From Isurus oxyrinchus (taxonomy: Eukaryota): 64,000 bases of DNA. The notes below the pieces were generated by a model. It worked only from the letters and a program-made list of their open reading frames with translations. It was not told the DNA's origin and ran no database searches. Location: the NCBI GenBank assembly GCA_026770705.1, contig JANJGN010000016.1:105896001-105960000 (forward strand), written 5' to 3'. The position numbers were made by a program, and so were the translations under genes. Shown here piece by piece: positions 36,771 through 50,485 of this stretch (position 1 is the first letter of the stretch; each line of letters starts with the position of its first letter).

Positions 36771-37118
36771 TTGGGTTGCCAACCCTCCAGGATTGGCCTG
36801 GAGTCTCCAGGAACTGAAGATCAATCTCCAGGACATTGCCGTATGCAACCCTCGAGAAAAATCATCGGGACATTCAAAAATATTGTGCTTTTGTAATTTT
36901 CTTTGACCATTTCTCTTTACCAGGTATAAAAATATTGAAAATGGGGAGGGGCTGCTGTTTGGATGACAGTCAAGCAGCATCCAATTGGGTAGTAAGTCAT
37001 TTTGCTTTCCAATTGGCGTAGGAAGGATGGATGAGTTGTCTGACTAATGACAGGAATGTGGGGGCAAGTCATGTGATGGAACCTCCAGGAATACATTTAA
37101 TTGCAGTTGGCAACCCTA
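36771..37118. mobile_element. hAT (Blackjack-type TIR) non-autonomous element / MITE
   Basis: TIRs TTGGGTTGCCAAC and GTTGGCAACCCTA. 8-bp TSD cctttgat (36763-36770) and tctttgat (37119-37126). Internal ctccagga repeats. Confidence 0.85.
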
Positions 37119-39417
37119 TCTTTGATCCTTTACAATAAGCGAGATGGATTTAGCATCATCATTTGTGTTGTAATGGGTGGATTTAGTACATGCACATTAA
37201 ATGTACAAGCAAGGAGCTAAATTAAGCCATGTAAATTCAGCCTGATTGAAACTAAACAGCCAAAGCCTCAAACTGCTTTTGATGAATGCTCAGCAGCTAA
37301 CGCCTTTTGCCTCCTGATACGAAAATCTGATTAAATGTTGCTGTATTTGTTTCCCAGTTCTGTGTAGTTTATTCAGCTTGAAAGATTGAATTGATTGATT
37401 TTTTTTTGGGGGGGGGGGTGGAAATGCAGGAGTTAATACACAAGACACAAGAGAGTATACAGCAGGATGGGAGAGGATGGGGGATGGTGTTTAATATTGT
37501 TTTCAACTCCTCTGCAGGGCTAAGGTTAATGAGTGTCACAGGACCGTGAAGCACTCAAATCCCCAGTGTGTGTTTGGTTACTTTCAGCCAGTGCTGCAGT
37601 AGGAGTTTGGCTTCAGTGTCCTAATTTAGGAAGGAGAAGCTCTTTATTTATTCGGGGTCCCTGTTACTGTTGGAAATCTGCCTGTGTGTGTGGAATGAGG
37701 TCAACGTTGACATTCAATGTTGAGGCTGGCGTGCAAATGCTGGCCGCTGGTGACTTCCCGGCTGTCAGCTGCAAAACTAGATGGACCCAACAGGAGTCAA
37801 TGGTCCTCAGGAGAGAATAAGAAGTAACATTGTCAAGGAGAAGTGGGGGTTGGGGGAAACTGGGTTTCCAGTTTCTCTGACGCGTGTATCCATTGAATAA
37901 ACATATCGTCACTCAAGTTCCAGACTCGCATACACAACCCCTGCTAAAAGTTCTTAGCACCTCTAGATGCTTGCCTTGATTATTTTTCTCATTTATGAAC
38001 AACCTTTTTTGGAAATAAGTTTTAATTCAGGATATCAAATGTTTTAATCTATAAACCATAAGTATAAAATTCATGCCATAGAGAAGTGCTTTTAAGTATT
38101 TCAATATTTTTGTTTATCTTTTGTCAACCCAATTATCAAATTGTTTGGTCTGATCTGAGTAGTCTTAGCTGTTGGTGAAAAATAAATTGATTCTATGCAT
38201 TTAAACAGACCAATAAACGTTTGTTTATTCTGTCAACATTTTGATCACAGTATTCCCTTGTTTAGTATAAAGGAGTAAATTTCCCTGCCCTGTAAATTGC
38301 AGTTTCAATCACAAAACTGAATCATTGTTTCTCTATGTGAGAGGTTATTTTCCTCTTGTTTAAGCGGCAGTTGGAGGTAACAGAGCAACAAAGAGATCAA
38401 TGTCTCTTGAAGTTGACCCTGGTATTTGCCAAAGAGACAGAATTGGAGAACATATACCAAGGCATCAAAGTGCTGTAGCTTTCTGCTTGCTCAATTGACT
38501 CTGTTTTGGTACACTTGAAATGAGTGTGGGGCAAAAGCCAGCACATGGAGTTAAGATGCAAATTCACCACAGTTTAACTGAATGGTGGAAAAGGCTTTTG
38601 AGAGCTAAGTGGTCTACCCATGTTATAGGCATTCAAAATTCCAACTACCCTTCAGTATGTTGGTGATTCCCTCTGTCTAATCTCCCTGTCCACACTCTCT
38701 GCTCCTCTATCACCAGCCTTGCCCTTGCTTGCTTGCTCTACCATTAGGTGAGCATTTGTTCAGTCACTTCACTCCTGCCCTTGGGAGCTCCCTGTCCAGT
38801 TCCCTCTGTCATGTCACCACTGATCCTAATTTCAAGAATCTCCTGAAAACCCATGGTTTTGACAATGGCCTAATTTTCTTTATCCTTTCACTCCCTCCCC
38901 TTCCTGTGTTTCTCCATTTTCTTTTCCATTTCCTCTCCCATTGGGGGGATCTCCCTGTTTTACATACGTTTCTTGTGCATGAGTGAATGGTGTTGGTTTT
39001 GTGAGTCAGTGAAAATATAAGCATAGTATGCACGAACTATTTGTTTTCCATGCTCATTAGACATTGCTCCGAATGTGGCATTGCTTGTATTTTGAGATCT
39101 ATGCCATGAGTGGTAACAGTGAAAATTAAACCCCTTGGTTAACTATTCCATTAGCCTTTATTGAGACACAGGTCACTGCCCTCAAGCTGCTAAGTTGTTT
39201 ACAGACCATTTTGCCTCAACATTGAGCGTAGTTCTATTTCCAGGCTGCAAGTGGTGCTCTTTCCAAACAATGACAGACCTACAGGAGCGCTTCTTCTGAA
39301 TTGACACCCTACATAATTTTTACCAGAGGGATCTGATGCAATATAATTTTCTTCAAAGTTGGGCTTGGAATTTCTTATTGAATTTTTAAGTTGTTTGAGC
39401 AAAACCCTTCAAAATAT

Positions 39418-40125
39418 GGGTGGAATTCAATGGGGATGGCAAGGGGCCCAATTACCACCACCAAAACTGATGGCACCCTCGCCAACCCGATCTCCAGGAG
39501 GCCTGAGGGAATTAAGTCCCCAGTTGGCAGTGGGAACCCCGCTGGCTGGGCCTCCCATTCCAAGGGAGGCAGTTAATTCCAGGACTTCCACCAGAAGGGC
39601 AGAAATCATGCCCATGAGAGCTGCTCTCAGTTGCCTACCCTGAGAGAAGTGGCTGCTGACTTTAGCCTTCACCAGGGCTCACCATTGGATCCCTGGAGAA
39701 AGGTGAGTGATGGCGGGATGGGTGTTGCGCAGAATGGGTTGCCAGTGATGGGTGGGGGAGGGGTATTGGAGGAAAGGGGATGCCTCTCTGCAGGCTCCCC
39801 TTCCCAATGCAGGATCACTTGATCAGGCACTGAGTGCCTTTGAGTTAAGGGCATTGCGCCGCCCCCACTTATATGCTGCTAGGATTTGCGTGTCAGTCTC
39901 CCGCATGGCGTGTCTCCTGCTGGTTGAATGCAGGCCCAATTAGGGCCTCAATCGGAACTCAGACGGAAAGGCCGCCTGCAAGCCTTCCTGTCCCAGATTT
40001 AATCAGAGGGAGGAGGGAAGGCGGTAGGACCACCCTCCCCTCTCCCCCCACACCGTCCCACCTGACCATACAGCCCTTTACGCCTCCAAACTCACCTCTG
40101 GGAGTGGGGGCATTAAATTCTGCCC
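39418..40125. mobile_element. Harbinger-like non-autonomous element
   Basis: Termini GGGTGGAATT and AAATTCTGCCC, with a GC-rich interior against AT-rich flanks. TSD is degenerate. Confidence 0.6.
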
Positions 40126-40699
40126 CACGTCTTTATTGTGTGTCTTTGAGTGTTAATCAAATTGTATTTGACTGCCTTTCCCTCTCTTCCTGTTAAAATT
40201 TTCCCTGTCTGGAAGTGTCTTCCTAAGCTTTCTTCTATTGCAAAATAAAAGGTTGATCTGAATTCTGCCTATAAGAGTGAGTCTTGTTATCCAAAGCCCT
40301 TTGTCATTTCGTGAACGTTCCTGAAAACGTGTGCTCTCCCCTTTCCACTGCTGAGTGCCCACATAGTATTTATTATTGATCCAGCTGGCAGATGGCTATT
40401 CCAGGCTTTTGTTAGCATTGCTGTGAGCTTAACAGCAAGAAGGTGTGTATAAGCAGCTGTGGAATCTCCCCCTCATTCACCTCTCCTCCGCGGGGGATTG
40501 TGCACAGCCTCTGCTCAAAAAGTTGACAGTGGTGGGGAATTCTACAACTTGGGAAATGTGGGACCAGTCCCTGGACAGTGTTCAAGAAAAGAAATGTTTA
40601 ACTTGCAATAACTGCATGTTGGGTGCTTTCAAATGAGATTTCAAAATGCAGTGTTTAAGAACATATTTCAGTTGCGTTATTTTGAGATCAATCTATTTT

Positions 40700-42330
40700 C
40701 AACTATATGCATGGAAGTTATAGTACTTCACGAAAAGACCACGAGTGGACCATTTTGCCCTTCAAGGCTGTTCTGCCATTGAATGAGATCATGGCTGATC
40801 TGTGGCCTAAATTCAAATATCACCCCACACACATGCGCACACACTTTGTCTCATATATCTTTAGTACCATTGGTCAACAAAAATCTGTCATTCTCAGATT
40901 TTAAAATTTAACAACTAACATAGTGTCAATTGCTATGTGCAGGCTTCAACCATTTTTTACTTATACAAGTCTCTTCTGAAAGGCCTGGGCTCTAACTTTT
41001 AGACAATGCCTCTAATCCTAAACTCCTCTCAACCAAGTTTCTGTCCACTTACCCTATCAATTCCCCTAAATATCTTGAAGCCCTCAATCAAATCCCCCCT
41101 CAATGTTCTCAATTCCTGTGGGTGCACAACCCTAGTTCGTGTAATCTTTTCTTGCAATTTAACCTGCGGGGTAAATTCTAGTAAATCTACGTTGCAGTCC
41201 AGTATGTCCTTCCTAAGGTGTGGTTCTCATACTGCTCCAGGTGTGGTCTAGCCAGAGCTTTGTATAGCTGTGGCAAAACCTCTACCCCCTTGTATTTTAA
41301 TCCTCCAGATGTTAAAGCCAGCCTTCCATCCATTATGCCTTTTGATTATTTTTGGCACCTGTTTGTGATATTTAATGATCTATGTACATGAGCTCCCAAG
41401 TCTCTTTTCGCTCCACTGTTTCTAGCTTTTCACCACATAGTACTCTGTTCTGCCCTTTTCAGGTCCAAAGTGGATGACCTCACATTTGCCTAAATTAAAA
41501 AACATTTTCAACAATTTTGCCCATTCACTTAATCAATTAATATCTCTTAATTTTGTGCTCCCATCTATATTGCTAACAGTGCCACCAATATTTTTGTCAA
41601 TGGCAAACCAGGATATATGGCTTTCCATCCTAACATCTAAGCAGTTAATAAATATAGTGGATAGTTGAGGGCCCAACACAATTCCATGTGGGACACCACT
41701 AATCACATCTTGCCACTGAGAGTACCTGCCCATTATCCCTCCTCTCTCTGTCGCCTTCCACTCAGACAGTTTCTTAATCAGGTCAATAATTTGCCTTCAA
41801 TTCCATGAACTTCAACTTTACCTAACAGTCTCTTATGAGCGACTTTATCAAATGCCTCCTGAATGTCCGTATATAAGCCATCTATAGAGATTCCCTTGTC
41901 CACTACTTTAGTCATTTCTTGAAAAATTGCAATCAGATTCATCAGACCTAGCCTTTACAAATCCAATCTGGCTCTTCCTGATCAGCTGAAAGTTTTCAAG
42001 ATATTCAGTCACTCTATCATCTAATTATAGACTCCAGCAATTTTTTTAGCAACAGATGTTTCGGCTAACTGGTCTAAAATCCAGTGGTTTCCCTCTCTCA
42101 GCTTTTTTAAATAGAGGAGCAATATGCACTCTTGCAAATCTAAAATGGTTCCCAAATGGAGTGAACTTTGGAAGATTATAGTTAGGCCATCCGCAATGTT
42201 CGCACCTACTTCATTTTAAAAACCCTAGGATCTAAAACATCTGATCCTAGGGATTTGCTAGTCATTGTGCTATTATTTTCTTCATTCCCATTACTCTGCT
42301 TACATTAATTTTGGTGATTTCCCCATCCCT
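40700..42330 (-). mobile_element. Long decayed CR1 LINE (RT to 3' end)
   Basis: WQDVISGVPHGIVLGPQL..IFIN.LD (41533-41733), a KAFDKV-like remnant at about 41840-41855, and the 3' tail at about 40700-40810. Confidence 0.85.
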
Positions 42331-43599
42331 GGCTCAATTTTAGTTCCCTCAGGATGTCTGAAAAGCTATCCTATTCCTCTGGTGTAAATACTGACTGCCT
42401 TTCCCTTATTTTCACTGACAATAGCAGCACTATCAGTTCAAGGGTCCCTCATTGATTCTGATAACCTGTTTTTTTCCCACATAATTGAAAAAAAATTTCT
42501 GTGTTGAAAACATGTTTTGATACCCTTTGCAAGTTTTTTTCATATTCCCTTTGTGATGCCCTTACTATCACCTTTTTGCTGTTCTTTGTACCCCTCCCAA
42601 TTCTGTGTTTCTTGTCAGATTTTGATTTTTTTGTATGCTTTTTCTTAAGTTTTGTGCTGCCCTTACCTCTTAATCGTATATAGTTCTTTTTTTGGCATGT
42701 GGAGCTCTTGTGCCTTAGGGCAACAATTTCTGTTCCACCAAATTCTCTTTTGATTGCTTTCCCCTGATCTTATGACGTTTTACTCATTAACAAATTTGCC
42801 CTGTTTACTGTGGACAGTCTCTCATTGAATTATAGTCAACCTTGCCTAAATCTGGAATCTTAGCCGTTTCATGTTTCAAATGTTACTATAATGTAAATTA
42901 TTTCAGACTGAGTGCACTGTAAATTTAGAAGGACAAAATGAAGTGAAATAATCCATTATTTGAGAATGGCGTGTTAACGATTAAACAGAGATGCTTATCT
43001 GGTAAGTGTTGTGTTTAGTCCATCAGGAGGATCACCTTTCCCTCACTATCTATTTTCTAGCTCCATCAGTCTTATTTTCTCCTGTCCCAAGTTGTGTACT
43101 TACTCTGGCCCTCTCGGATTTGTTGCCATGGTCTGTTTTCTAGCTGTCTACAGATGCTCCTCTACCGAGGTTGGATCTGACAGTGTGAACAGCAAAGCAT
43201 GAGTGTGACGATGTCATTCTGCATCTGCCTGTAAAACGTCCTCGGTGGCAACAGAGAATGCTGCTGACACTCGAGCTATCAATGCACAAATGTGAGTCGG
43301 CATTGGCAGAAGTCCATTGCTGGGGTGTACTTACATTCCACCAGCAGCTGGGAAGACCTGTGTCCAAAATCTGTCACGTTTGGAAGATGCAATTGTAACT
43401 CCAATTTTAAGGAAATAGCGAGCATCTTTTGTTTGCCTAATGAGAACTGTGAACTCTGGCTGGCAGAACAAACTCAAATCTCTTATCAAGCGATAGGTAT
43501 TTATTCCAAACTAAATAGAATTGAGAAATGCCAGTATTCGTTTGTCTATCCTTGCGCCCTTAAGATTGTATACCTTCTAGTAAGGACATTTCTTGCAAA

Positions 43600-43835
43600 A
43601 GAAAGATATTGTGAATGCTGGAAATCTGAAATAAAAACAGAAAATGTTGGAAATACTCAGTAGGTCTGGCAACATGTATAGAGAGAGAGAAACAGTTAAC
43701 ATTTTGGGTCTGTGACCTTTCACCAGAACTGGGAAAAATTAGAAATGCAATAGATTTTAGGAAGCAAAAGGGTACGGTGGGGAGAAGGGGGGACGGTGGC
43801 GAGAATGGGAAAAAAGATCAAAAGGAAAGTTCAGA
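43600..43835 (-). mobile_element. PLE-derived 3' end with degenerate hammerhead motif (43693-43731)
   Basis: Reverse complement is cagtt-CTGGTGA-A-AGGTC aca GACCC-AAAA-T-GTT-aactg...gccagaccta ctgagtatttcc. Confidence 0.75.
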
Positions 43836-44124
43836 GATGAAACAGTTCTTAAGTTGGGCTGTGGAAGGTACATTGCGGATGTCGAAGAAATCTTGTGAGA
43901 TACTTTTAATGTTTTGACTAAAGCATGTACAACATCGTGGGTGCTGTTTTCAATTTCTTTTAAATTTAGCTTATATTTGAAGGAAAAAAGGCAAACTGAA
44001 TTCATGGATTGTTAGCTCGCTACTTGTTACAATTCAAGCATGCTTCGTTAGTTAACAGAATGTTCAGGATTTGCTGATCCAGAAATTTAACCTATCTTAA
44101 AGCTTAACTATGCTGGAAGAGACA

Positions 44125-44428
44125 TCATCTTCCAAACCCGTGACCACTACCACCTAGACAGACAAGTGCAGCAGATGCTTAGGAACACCATCACCTGGAA
44201 GTTCCCCTCCAAGCCATTCACCATCTTGACTTGGAAATATATTGCCATTCCTTCATTGTTGCTGGGTAAAAATCCTGGAACTCCCTCCTTAACAGTACTG
44301 TCCCACAACCCATGGACTGCAGTGGCTCAAGAAGGCAGCTCACCACCACCTTCTCAAGGGCAATTAGGGATGGGCAATAAATGCTGGCCTAGCAAGTGAC
44401 GCTCAAATCCCATGAACAAATAAAAAGA
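44125..44428 (+). mobile_element. 3' end of the 22957/62680 LINE family
   Basis: Colinear with 63830-64000 and 23295-23555. Ends ...gggatgggcaataaatgctggcctagc...catgaacaaataaaaa. Confidence 0.88.
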
Positions 44429-44909
44429 GAACGAGGTCACCCCACCTTATACCTCTTTTAGGAACTTCCCACTTTCCACTAGGAATAGAATTGGACCCTT
44501 AGCTGGACTGCACTAGCCAAAAAGAACACAGTTAATAAAACAGGCATACATCCAACTAGTTGCATAATGACCTGCAGAGTTCATTTCTTAACATGACTAA
44601 GTGAACGTCTTCAACCCACATTTTATTAAGTTAAAGGCAGTTTCTGATTCATATAGTAATGTTTGTATTAGAGGCAGGGTGAAATTTTAGTGTTGCCAAT
44701 GACTGGATGTCTGAACATGCTCTTTTCTACTTGGGCCTCTGGATAAAATTTGCCAAGGCTCATTTTTTGTCGAATATGCTTTGATTTTAAATATGTTCGT
44801 AAATAATAATTATCGGGTTGGGGGAGAAGAGAAGAAAATGAGTAAACTATTACTCTGAAAATGTTCAATTGAGAAACCAATCCCTGAGTTTGACACATTT
44901 TTGATTGAT

Positions 44910-45050
44910 AAGTGAGTCAAGGGTTATGCAAAAAAGTGCCGTTAAGGCCACAATCTGATCAGCTATGATCTTATTGAATGGTGGAGCAGGCTTGATGGGC
45001 TGAATGGCCTACTCCTGCTCCTTTTTTTATGTTCTTGTGTTCTTATGCTA
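44910..45050 (+). mobile_element. CR1 3' tail
   Basis: gatcagc.atgatcttattgaatggtggagcaggctt..tgggctgaatggcctactcctgctcc followed by (ttatgttc)n-like units. Confidence 0.75.
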
Positions 45051-45104
45051 TATCACCAAACCATATCCTTTCCATCATGCTTTAGGTGATGTCAGTTTGC
45101 CTCT

Positions 45105-45590
45105 GTCATGGCACTTTCTCTTCTGAGTCAGAAGATTGTGGGTTCCAGTTCATTCCAGCACCTAATTTAAGCTGACACTTTCTACTGAGGGAGCGCTGCA
45201 CTACCTGAGGTGCTGTTTTCTCAGATAAAACATTAAACTGAGTTCCCTTCTGCCTGTGGCAGTGGATGTAAAAGAATCAGACACAAACTGAAGAGGAGTA
45301 GGGAAGTTCAGTATCTTGACCAACACTTATCCATCAGCCATCATAAAACAGACTAACTGGTCATTTATCCCATTGCTGTTTGTGTGACCTTGGTGTGTGC
45401 CAATTGGCTGCATAAAGGTTGAAAATGTAAACACTCATCAAGTCAGGCAATGCCAGTGGTGAGAGAGAGATGGGGTCATCGGTCTTGAAACATTCTCTTC
45501 ACAGATGCAGCCTGTTATGCTGAATGTTTGGCTGCAATATTTAGTTCATGAACTAATCAAAGGTGCTATGTAAATGCATGCCTTTCAGGC
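45105..45590 (+). mobile_element. Deu-domain SINE interrupted by a decayed palindromic PLE-derived insert (45413-45527)
   Basis: The head ctgagtcagaagattgtgggttc and the Deu core are present. The insert is flanked by the direct repeat ttggctgca (45404-45412 and 45528-45536). Confidence 0.7.
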
Positions 45591-45968
45591 TTTATGTGCA
45601 CATTTTAGGATATTTGGAGGCATCAATGTCCACAAGGCACCTTATCAGTGATTTGCTCTCTATATCTCTGTCCTGATTTCCCTGGAATACTTCATTTGAA
45701 ATTATCGTATCCTAGCTAGACTTAATACAAACAAACAATTTGTGTGCCACATTGGAGAATGTGATGAAGCTGAACTCATTATATTTTGATTTGTTAAACT
45801 GCTCAGGCAAACGGTATTTAGTGCCAGTAATTGCAGGGAAAAGCAGTTTTGACTCTTTGTGCTGCACTGGGGGAATCGCATTTTAAAATTGCAAGATTAA
45901 CAACCAAAGCCTGGAATGTGCTATATAGCCAAGGTTGAAAAGAGCAGAAGAGAAGTTTGGTGGAGGAG

Positions 45969-46017
45969 GGGGGGGAGGTGTGTGTGTGTGTGTGTGGGCG
46001 GGGGGGGGGGGGGGGGT
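45969..46017. repeat. G-run/(GT)n/G-run simple repeat
   Basis: gggggggg...(gt)n...gggggggggggggggg seen directly. Confidence 0.9.
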
Positions 46018-46269
46018 AATCAAGCACTGATTACCTAATATCAAACTTTGCTTTTCTTTAAAGGAAAAATGTCTAGACTGTGGAGAGGAGAGGAGTCCAA
46101 TTTTGCAATGTTAGAATTAAGAGATGGTGTGATGAGTCTCCAGTTTTCAAAAGTGACGACACAAAGAAAAGGAAGAAAGTGTGGGATGGCATAAGTGAAG
46201 TTTAAAAATAGGAAGAAAGTTCAGTGGAATAGTGACATAGTACATAGATGGAAAAAAAGGTTTGCGTGG

Positions 46270-46580
46270 ACATGCACTTTTACATAGCAGCTGTCATGAC
46301 TTCTACACCCTGAGGAGGTTAACAGTTGGTACAGGATAAATCTTAACCGGTACATCAGGGAGACCTCCGTACTCTTCCAGTTAGTGCTGGGGTTATTTCA
46401 TGCCCACCTGAGGTGGCCACTGGGGCCTTCATTTGTGTCTCACCTGGAACATGGCACCTTTGCAAATGTAGAACTGCACTGGGATGTCCGCTTGGATGTG
46501 CGCTCAAGTCTCCACAGTGAGGCTTGGATCTAAAGCCTTCTAACTCTGATGTGAGAGTGGTGCCAACTGAGTCACAGCTC
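46270..46580 (-). mobile_element. Deu-domain SINE
   Basis: Minus-strand head gctgtgactcagttggcaccactctc..atcagagttagaaggc followed by the Deu core. Confidence 0.7.
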
Positions 46581-49401
46581 ACATCTAGCGATGAGAAGCA
46601 TCACCTAGCCATTGACATGCTTTTTCTGCAGGAACCCTCTTCAATTTTTGAACTGTATTTCAGTCTTGGACATTAATGGGCTTCATGTGGAATTGTAAGT
46701 TGCTGAGGGGTGTGTTTCATGCAGCATAGAACACATGTTGATAGAGAGGAAACACTTTTTATGGCTGCCACTAACATATTGTCGATATTAATATGAACCT
46801 CTTGCAATCTTACAAAAACTGACCACTTTTTGACAATTTCAAAATTTCTTTTAGTACCAGCCTACTCTTTCTAAAGTATTGTTGAAATGATTATGATGAG
46901 TTCTGTTTGACAGTGTGACTTTAAATGTTATAAAACTTTTCATTGTTGCCAGTTTTTTCAGAGGTCTGGAGGAACAGGTACACTGAAGTAAGTACTGTGA
47001 AAACCCAGCAAAGCCATAGAGTCATATCTAAACCCGTGAGAAACTCAGATCAGATGATAAACATCAATGTAGGTGGCAGCCGGTTAACTTAACTCAGCTG
47101 TGTAGATGTTTTTCATACAAGTTGATGCACTTTAAAGCGATATCACATACAAAAAATACTTTCTCATGGTCCTTGATTCGTGAGAACCTTACTGAGTTCT
47201 GTCATGGTGTCATATGTGCGTGGGAGGGAGAGTTTACCCTACTCCATTGGAATGTTCTGTTTTCCCCCTATAGACATCTCGGAAACCTACTGTATCTTTA
47301 CTGTTCATATGCACTGGCTGGGATGCCAATTAATACTAATTAGGGGAATTACCGTCAAGACGATTAAGAAGCAAGGTCAGGTTATTGACCTGAATAGACT
47401 GTTAGATTTTCTAATGAAATCTTGGAAGGTCAGCAGCTGTTGGTAATTGGTGTGTAGGAACATGGATTTTCACCCACAGTTTTCCACAGTGTGCGGTTAG
47501 TTAAGGGCCAGCAGTAGTAGTAACCAGGTATTCTCCCAATCCATGGGTGAAGACAGTGGGGTGGGAAGGAATGTCATTGGGAGAGGGAAAAACAGCAGAG
47601 GCAAAGTGATTAAAAAGGCCAGGTAACAGGATCTTGCTATTCCTAGCTTTCAAATCTGTAACGGTATTGTGTAAGAAGGATAAATGGATGAAGGTGAAAT
47701 TTTCTTTTGCTATTTTGCATACGTCCTTTTGAAGTCAAGGATATTAGTGTGAGTAAGTCAGGTACATTTCCACTTCTGTCACCTTGTAGCAGCTAAAGAA
47801 CTTTAAATTCAATCAAAACTTTCAAAAGGTGCGTGGTTGTGTGAAAAGGCAATATTTTCAGTTCTATGGGGAAAGAAGTAGAGCAGCAATACTAATGGAT
47901 TCTTCCTTCAAAGAGCTGGCATAGGCACAACGGGCCAAACAGCCTCCTTCTGCCTTGTGATTCAATAACATAGGCCAAGCATAGAGCAAAGTCCTAACCT
48001 CATGCAAAGTTCATTTCGAAAATTCTTCCAGTTTGTGACTTAAATGTTACATGAAATACCAACTGCAGTTAAACTCAGGAGGTTTTTGTATTTGTGTAAT
48101 TTTGGTTAGTTGGGGAAAATCTAACTTTTTTTAATTAAATAGAGCCAGGCTCAAGTGTCAGGCTCGAAAACGACCGGAAACAAAGTCTTGTGCCTTCAAT
48201 TCAGGTTCACATGTACTTGGTGCCTTATTTCCTCCAATAAGAGTAAAAGAAATATTGGGTTACAAGCCAAGGTTCAACTCCACGTGCGGTGCAGTTTATT
48301 GTTTCCACACATCAGAGGCTAATATTCAGTCCTCTTTATGTTTCAAGTTATTGGTCAGCCCTTGTTTGTTTTCTGTATTGGTTTGTATGCAACACAGTAA
48401 GATCTGATGGGGGTGGAGGTGAAGATGGGGTCTTTGAGCTGTGTTCAGCTCTGTGATGCCAAGTATGATTTTTAAAATGAGCATGCAATGCTGCTTGTGC
48501 ACATTTAATGAGCCTCTTAGCATAGTGGGGGAATGTGGTTTGACTGTTCAGTATTGGGCAACGTGCTTACTTTGATCCCAAGCAGTGCTTGAGAGCAAGA
48601 CCAGTTAGAAGCCAAGGTTTTGTAGAAGTCTCTGGGTAGTTAGGCAGCTGATAATTTGTGTACAGATGACAGCTGCTTTTAAGAGGATAAGTCCCAGGTG
48701 GAACATGTGCGACCATTAGTAAATCTTAAAGCATTGCTCAGCATTCCCATTCATTTTCTACTTCAACCACCCACTTTGAAAGAGCAAAGCTTTTACTTTA
48801 GTGTGCTGTATGAGATTTAAGACAAGTAAAACTAAAGAGCTTTAATTCAATAATAAGTTGCAAAGGTGTGTGGTTCTGCGAAAAAGCAATATTTGCAGCT
48901 CTGTGGAGCAGGGCAGTGGACTCATAGATTTTTCTTTCAAAGATCTTCAGCATAAGATTATTCAAGTGCCCGTTTGAATTTAGGTTTCTTGGTGCATGCA
49001 TTGATAATGAAGACGAACAAGAAAATTGTTCATCCCCTTAACATTCATGTAGAATGGATGGAGTGTGCATATAAAAGCTGATGTTTGGGATTTCTGTCCC
49101 TCAATAAAAGGCTACATCTAGATTACATAGCGTTTAACAGTACAACAGTACGCCATTCAGCCCAACAAGTCTGTGCTGGTGTTTATGTTCCACATGAGAT
49201 TCCTCCTAGGTTATAAATGGTACTGGTTGTCTAATAAATACAGTAAATAGTTAGTTATTCCTCCCAGGGGCTCTTTCCTGATCTGTTACCTGATCATGGC
49301 ACATGCTATAAATGTGCCTGGTGTTCCCTAACCCCCAACTCCGTGATATGCATTTACTCACATTTGCTGCACATGGACTCATTTCTCCCAATTTGTCTTA
49401 A

Positions 49402-50171
49402 GGGCTGAATGTTACATGGCCCCTGCGGGCGTGTTTCCCGTGGGCACATAAAATAGGGCGGGCACCCATCCCACCACCTTCTCAACCAGCCCCGAGCTCA
49501 CCCTATAATACGGGGGGCAGGTGGGCACCGAAATTGGCAGCCTGCCTGTGATATTTAAAGGAATAATTAAGTGTCAATTAGGCTTGTTACCACGCCAATT
49601 GACCCTGATAATAGGCAGCTCATGCGCCAAAATGTTTGGTGTGAGAAGCTGGGCGGGAGCGGGTAACCCAATTTTTTCACTCAAATACTTAAAGGATAGG
49701 AAAGAAGGGGGTGGGTCACTATTCAGGAGCTGCCCTTTGCTGATCGCAGGGCAGCCCCCTCTTAGGTTGAAGTCCCCTCTTCATTCCTACCCATTCTGAC
49801 CCTTAAACCCCTCCCTTCCATACCCGACCTTTTCCCTAACCTATCTAAGCCCTCCCAGGCCAACACCCCAGACTTACCTGCTTCAGGGACCCATGGACCT
49901 TGGGTCGACTTCTTCTCCTGCAATCCCAGCAATGGCCACTGGGCAGGAGCTGCCAGGACTTATGGAGCTGCCGGCCAGTTGGATTGGCCAGAGGCCCCAG
50001 ACGGGTGAAAGTCCCACTCAGCCCTTGTTGGTCTGCTACACAGCACTTTATGTCTGCAGGGTGGGTTGGCACCAGTGTTGTTTCCGGAGGCGGGGCAAGG
50101 GTGGTGGTGTTGGGGGGACGGGGTTGGGGCATGCTGTCCACCCAACCCCCCCCTTGTATTTTATTCAGTCC
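49402..50171. mobile_element. Harbinger/PIF-like non-autonomous element with TAA TSD
   Basis: taa|GGGCTGAAT ... ATTCAGTCC|taa, with TSDs at 49399-49401 and 50172-50174. Confidence 0.8.
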
Positions 50172-50372
50172 TAAGTCTATATCTTTAAGTCTATATCTAT
50201 ATCTATACATTGCAATAGCCTTGCACTAGTCGTACTGCACTCCAGCATTACTGGAAAAGTGTTGTACTATTGGGAGACAATAAACTGAGGCCTGTTTGAT
50301 TGATTGCCATGTTTTCTACATTGCATAGTGAATGTACTTCAAAAGTACTTCATTGGCTGTGGGATATCCTGA

Positions 50373-50485
50373 GATTCTGGTGAAAGGTCCAACCTGAAAT
50401 GTTAACTCTTTCTTTCTCCACAGGCGCTGCCAGACCTGCTGAGTATTTCCAGCATTTAAATCTGTTTTCATTTCAGATTTTCAAC
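50373..50485 (+). mobile_element. PLE-derived 3' end with hammerhead-like motif, fused to a Deu-SINE tail
   Basis: CTGGTGA-A-AGGT cca ACCT-GAAA-T-GTT-aact...gctgccagacctgctgagtatttccagc. The preceding 50230-50372 is Deu-SINE sequence. Confidence 0.7.

Noticed and set aside
43153-43291. AG...GTGAGT-bounded candidate exon
   Set aside because: Stops in all three frames and no homology. At most a UTR exon, and unsupported.
46632-46694. 63-nt AG/GT-bounded candidate exon (NPLQFLNCISVLDINGLHVE in one frame)
   Set aside because: Unrecognised peptide. Such pseudo-exons are common in long introns and need RNA evidence.
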